This document shows, piece by piece, positions 7,282 to 10,521 of a stretch of 10,521 nt of DNA. The translations under genes and the position numbers were made by a program. Source of the DNA: Synechococcus sp. (GTDB taxonomy: Bacteria; Cyanobacteriota; Cyanobacteriia; Thermostichales; PCC-7336). How positions within the stretch are numbered: position 1 is the first letter of the stretch; the number at the start of each line of letters is the position of its first letter. Location of the stretch: assembly GCA_051439605.1 (NCBI GenBank), contig JBFRWN010000010.1:1-10521 (forward strand). Direction: 5' to 3'. The notes beneath the pieces are model-generated. The model was not told where the DNA came from, searched no databases, and saw only the letters and a list, made by a program, of their open reading frames with translations.

Positions 7282-8166
7282 TTAAATAGTAATTTCAGAA
7301 CTATTTCCAGAAAACTCGTTCAGATTCCAGTTGATATGATTGGGTTCAGGATTAACCAATTCAAAATCAGCATGAGGTGCCCCCCAGTTTCCCGACCTAT
7401 ATTGATTGTAGGCTGCTCTTCTGAGAAGCCGAGGAGGACTCCAATCTGAGCTGGGTTTGACTCTTAAAACAATTTGGTTAGAAAGCTTTAGCGATCCAAT
7501 GTCTCCTATTGCTGTAGTTCTTTGCAAGGGATCGACATGGGCAGAATACTTTTGGCTCAACCAATTTATGGCATTGTCTTCTAAAGACAAATGGAGGTGA
7601 TGCAGACCTAAATGGCCTAAAAATCCTAAACTCCCTGCCATTGCCAGGAGGCAGAGCCAGATAGTGGGTGAGTATCTGGAGGAGCGGGTGAACCAGAGGA
7701 CTACAGCGGCTAACAGGAACATTCCAATATAGAATGAAGAGCCTCTGACATTAGCTGCACTAGCTGATATCAGACATAGTGCAAAGTATGGGTAGTTGAG
7801 CGAGAAGGATCGTCTGTCATTTTTAATGGTGATAAAAAGCAATAAAGTGCTGAGGTTGATGCGATTGTTAACTGAGTAAGCTAAAGACAGAAGTAGGGGG
7901 AATAGTACTACAGGCCACCATTGTAGAAAGTCGAATATTAAAGAGATAGAACGATTGTTTATAAAGAGAAAGATGGCCAAGACTGGGAAAGATAAAGATG
8001 TTAGTCTGACAATCTGCTTTTGGGTTTCTATATTTAGATTCCAGCGCCAATTAAATACTGCAGCTGCCTCGTAAATCACCGCCATTGGTATCGCTAGAAA
8101 TAAGTTTCCAGTCTGCCAACCCCAAAACAGTATTGAAGAACCAAGAAGTAGTCTGGGCATAGTCAT
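7282..8166 (-). CDS. N-terminal part of the split gene: multi-pass membrane region of the transglutaminase-like protein
   Basis: 294 aa with about 6-7 hydrophobic segments, followed by TAIGDIGSLKLSNQIVLRV. Its start overlaps the DUF58 stop as ATGA (8163-8166). Confidence 0.7.
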   Translation of the reverse strand: MTMPRLLLGSSILFWGWQTGNLFLAIPMAVIYEAAAVFNWRWNLNIETQKQIVRLTSLSFPVLAIFLFINNRSISLIFDFLQWWPVVLFPLLLSLAYSVNNRINLSTLLLFITIKNDRRSFSLNYPYFALCLISASAANVRGSSFYIGMFLLAAVVLWFTRSSRYSPTIWLCLLAMAGSLGFLGHLGLHHLHLSLEDNAINWLSQKYSAHVDPLQRTTAIGDIGSLKLSNQIVLRVKPSSDWSPPRLLRRAAYNQYRSGNWGAPHADFELVNPEPNHINWNLNEFSGNSSEITI

Positions 8167-9503
8167 AAGTTCAATAAGCCCTCTTGTATATTCCCTAGCT
8201 TTAGGAAATGGATATTATGAAACGGTTTTTCATCATCTTCGACGAGATAATCCCGTTGAGTCACAACTATCGCTAAACTTGGTATTCCTAAATCCTTTAA
8301 ATAACTGACTAATTGTTTTCTCCGCTCGTCCCAATCTAAAAAGATACAAATGCAGCCACTTAATAGAGAGGCTCTTGACATCACCGAGTTTGTCAGGCTC
8401 TCAAATGATTTGTCTTGGCATGCTGTCACACCTGCAAGCACTTCCAGTAGTTTTTCCGAACTATGCAGACCTCTCCCTGAAGTAAAGCAATATGTTTCAA
8501 TACCCACAAACATTAAATCTAGTAAGGACTCCTGAGTCTGTAAATTACAGGCGAATGAAGCTGCGATCGATATTGATTCTTCCAATTCTTCACTTCGATC
8601 ACCAGACTGAAAGGTATCCAGAACTAAAGCATGACGGACAAAATATTCATCTTGCTCTTCTCTGACAACTGGCTTATCAATCTTTGCCCAGCTTTTCCAG
8701 TGAATCTTCCGTAAGGAGTCTCCTGGACGATAGTCTCTTAAAGACATGAACTCTGCTGAATCGCCTACCGATGACGCCAGCGAGATACCCCCTGATTGGT
8801 ATCTGCGCGTGCCGGGAAGGTTTAGCGCGGGTAATTGGTATCGTTTCGGCAGTACTAGTAAAGATTGGGGCAGGGTAATCGTTTTAAATGCGTTGAATAA
8901 TCCAAACGGATCGCGGCGAGCTACCCTTACTCCTGTTAGCCGCAGGACTCCTCTTCTCTGAGGGACGATCTCTAAACTTACCTTTGTTTGACTGTGGGGC
9001 TGCAAGTCGGGTAAGGCCGTGCTTTTTACAATAGCTCTTTGTTTCCCAAACACCGATACTAACTTTCGGTAGAAGTTTGATGCACGTTTAGTAGAAATAT
9101 AGTCCGAATTGGACGTGTCGATCGATCGCTTGAAAACAGTCCAACTTGGAATGCCTGCATCGATATCTTCTAGTAGTATTAGGCCCTTTTGAGGTCGATC
9201 GGCAGGATTTCCAAGTGTTATGGTGTACCTTAGCTTGTATCCTACTGAAGCGAATCTAGGTAAAGTTCTAGCCGTTGCACTAAATGTTTTTGGAAAAAAT
9301 AAACTGTAAGCAATTGCCATTGCAGTAATTGATAGCAAGAACGTAAAAATCTGATACGCTACGCTTTGCTTCGTGTCTATTCCAACTAATGCAGCAATCA
9401 CCAAACAAAATAGGATTGCTAACCCACTGCTAGTAAACCGACTCGTCAACCACCGCTTGAACGAATACGTAAAGCTAAAAAGTTGGTACAAAAGTTTTTT
9501 CAT
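8163..9503 (-). CDS. DUF58 domain-containing protein (MoxR-associated)
   Basis: 446 aa with two N-terminal TM helices and the motifs RRG..L....V...DPFGLF, LLVLP and EFMSLRDYRPGDSLRKIHWKSWAK...VVRE. It starts 3 nt after the moxR stop. Confidence 0.92.
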   Translation of the reverse strand: MKKLLYQLFSFTYSFKRWLTSRFTSSGLAILFCLVIAALVGIDTKQSVAYQIFTFLLSITAMAIAYSLFFPKTFSATARTLPRFASVGYKLRYTITLGNPADRPQKGLILLEDIDAGIPSWTVFKRSIDTSNSDYISTKRASNFYRKLVSVFGKQRAIVKSTALPDLQPHSQTKVSLEIVPQRRGVLRLTGVRVARRDPFGLFNAFKTITLPQSLLVLPKRYQLPALNLPGTRRYQSGGISLASSVGDSAEFMSLRDYRPGDSLRKIHWKSWAKIDKPVVREEQDEYFVRHALVLDTFQSGDRSEELEESISIAASFACNLQTQESLLDLMFVGIETYCFTSGRGLHSSEKLLEVLAGVTACQDKSFESLTNSVMSRASLLSGCICIFLDWDERRKQLVSYLKDLGIPSLAIVVTQRDYLVEDDEKPFHNIHFLKLGNIQEGLLNL

Positions 9504-9506
9504 TAT

Positions 9507-10469
9507 TTAGCTTGGAACAGAAACAGTATTTAGAATCTCTTCGACAATACTTTCTGCCGTTATCCCTGAAAATCTTGCCTGTGGTTCTATCGCTATCCGA
9601 TGAGCAATCACCGATACTGCTAGCTCTTGGACTTGTTCTGGCTTAACAAATTCTGCCCCTTCGAACATCGCCAATGCTTGGGCAACTTTGATCAGGGCGA
9701 GTGAGGCCCTTGGACTTGCACCTAACTGAACCCCATCAAAGGAACGAGTTGTATGAACAAGATTGACTACGTAGCGCTTGATCTCGTCGCTAATCCTGAC
9801 GTGTTTGACCTGTTCTTTCAGGGAAATTGCTTCTTGGACTGAGATACAGGGCTTAATGATGTCAATGGGGGACCGATGTAATCTATCCGACAATATCTCA
9901 ACCTCATCTTCGGGCGAAACATATCCCAAGCTGAATTTGAGGGCAAAGCGATCCATTTGTGCTTCGGGCAGCGGATAAGTGCCGTGAGATCCAACTGGGT
10001 TTTGAGTCGCGATCACAAAGAACAAATCTTGTAACTTCCTGACCTCACCGTCGATACTGACCTGAGACTCTGCCATCGCTTCAAGAAGAGCGGATTGAGT
10101 TCTAGGTGAAGCCCGATTGATTTCATCGACCAATACAATGTTTGAGAAAATAGGACCTTTATGAAAGTGAAAAGCCCTATCGGTCTGGTCGAAGATGGAA
10201 ACCCCAAGAATATCTGACGGCAACAGGTCTGGGGTAAATTGAATGCGTTTAAAACTTGCATCGAACGTCATGGCCAGAGCTTTTGACAATGTGGTTTTAC
10301 CAGTTCCTGGATAGTCGTCCATGAGAACGTGACCGCCAGTAGCAAAGCCTGCTAGCAACTTTCGGATTGCTAGCGACTGCCCTTTAATGATCTGAGAAAT
10401 ATTGTTATGGACTTTGAGATAAACATCCCTTCCTGACAAATCAGGTTTACTTAGCGTCAGGCTTTCCAT
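9507..10469 (-). CDS. moxR: MoxR-family AAA+ ATPase (MoxR-proper type)
   Basis: 320 aa with Walker A GHVLMDDYPGTGKT, RIQFTPDLLPSD, Walker B VLVDEINRA, ATQNP, GTYPLPEAQMDRF and GASPRA. Confidence 0.95.
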   Translation of the reverse strand: MESLTLSKPDLSGRDVYLKVHNNISQIIKGQSLAIRKLLAGFATGGHVLMDDYPGTGKTTLSKALAMTFDASFKRIQFTPDLLPSDILGVSIFDQTDRAFHFHKGPIFSNIVLVDEINRASPRTQSALLEAMAESQVSIDGEVRKLQDLFFVIATQNPVGSHGTYPLPEAQMDRFALKFSLGYVSPEDEVEILSDRLHRSPIDIIKPCISVQEAISLKEQVKHVRISDEIKRYVVNLVHTTRSFDGVQLGASPRASLALIKVAQALAMFEGAEFVKPEQVQELAVSVIAHRIAIEPQARFSGITAESIVEEILNTVSVPS

Positions 10470-10521
10470 CTAAGTCCTTCCAGGAAGTTGTACTCAAGCT
10501 TCATCACAACTCGATCGCGGC
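10457..10521 (-). CDS. Possible 3' end of an upstream operon gene (partial, runs off the window)
   Basis: One minus-strand frame is open from the window edge (RDRVVMKLEYNFLEGLRWKA*), with TGA at 10457-10459 overlapping the moxR start by 13 nt. The other two frames are closed. It is too short to be sure. Confidence 0.3.
   Translation of the reverse strand, partial: RDRVVMKLEYNFLEGLRWKA
10475..10481 (-). promoter_or_regulatory. Ribosome-binding site of moxR
   Basis: The minus strand reads GGAAGGA-CTTAG-ATG. Confidence 0.55.

Larger units (their letters stand above)
6163..8166 (-). pseudogene. Membrane-anchored transglutaminase-like protein (TgpA-like: N-terminal multi-TM region plus transglutaminase core) interrupted by one in-frame TAA at 7282-7284
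   Basis: ORFs 7282..8166 and 6163..7254 are in the same frame and separated only by the TAA plus 9 sense codons (EITI*TTLQKGKTILYLPDG). The joined length is 667 codons. The position after moxR and DUF58 is the expected one for such a gene. Confidence 0.75.

Noticed and set aside
740..10261. The many short 60-137 aa alternative ORFs in the track (for example 1989..2285, 3949..4302, 4181..4594, 4512..4889, 5400..5813)
   Set aside because: They overlap well-supported genes in other frames or on the opposite strand and have no recognisable motifs. They are the expected shadow ORFs, most frequent in the GC-rich block.
3543..10469. Idea that the STAND protein and MoxR form one vWA-MoxR-type ternary conflict system
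   Set aside because: This MoxR sits in the ordinary DUF58/transglutaminase operon, is transcribed convergently, differs in base composition, and has no dedicated vWA partner visible.
10477..10487. Interrupted palindrome CTTCC-A-GGAAG overlapping the moxR RBS
   Set aside because: The 5-bp arms with a 1-nt loop cannot form a stable hairpin, and the site may lie in coding sequence.
1..10521. CRISPR array, tRNA/rRNA, transposase or integrase
   Set aside because: No regularly spaced long repeats, no recognisable RNA gene and no recombinase motif. The recurring GCGATCGC is HIP1.

Overview
This window looks cyanobacterial: I count 14 perfect HIP1 octamers (GCGATCGC) by eye. It falls into three compositional blocks. 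(1) An AT-rich family-2 glycosyltransferase gene (+). (2) A GC-rich, HIP1-rich central module. Here a ferritin-like diiron-carboxylate gene and a cis-prenyltransferase (UppS-type) gene run in tandem on the - strand, divergent from a large HTH-STAND NTPase-TPR gene on the + strand, with 10-bp-period direct repeats in the shared intergenic region. (3) An AT-rich minus-strand operon of MoxR AAA+ ATPase, DUF58 protein and membrane transglutaminase-like protein; the last gene is split by a single in-frame TAA at 7282-7284. The best candidate for an undescribed system is the central module, a possibly STAND-regulated diiron enzyme plus polyprenyl diphosphate synthase pair. No CRISPR array, RNA gene or transposase was recognised.
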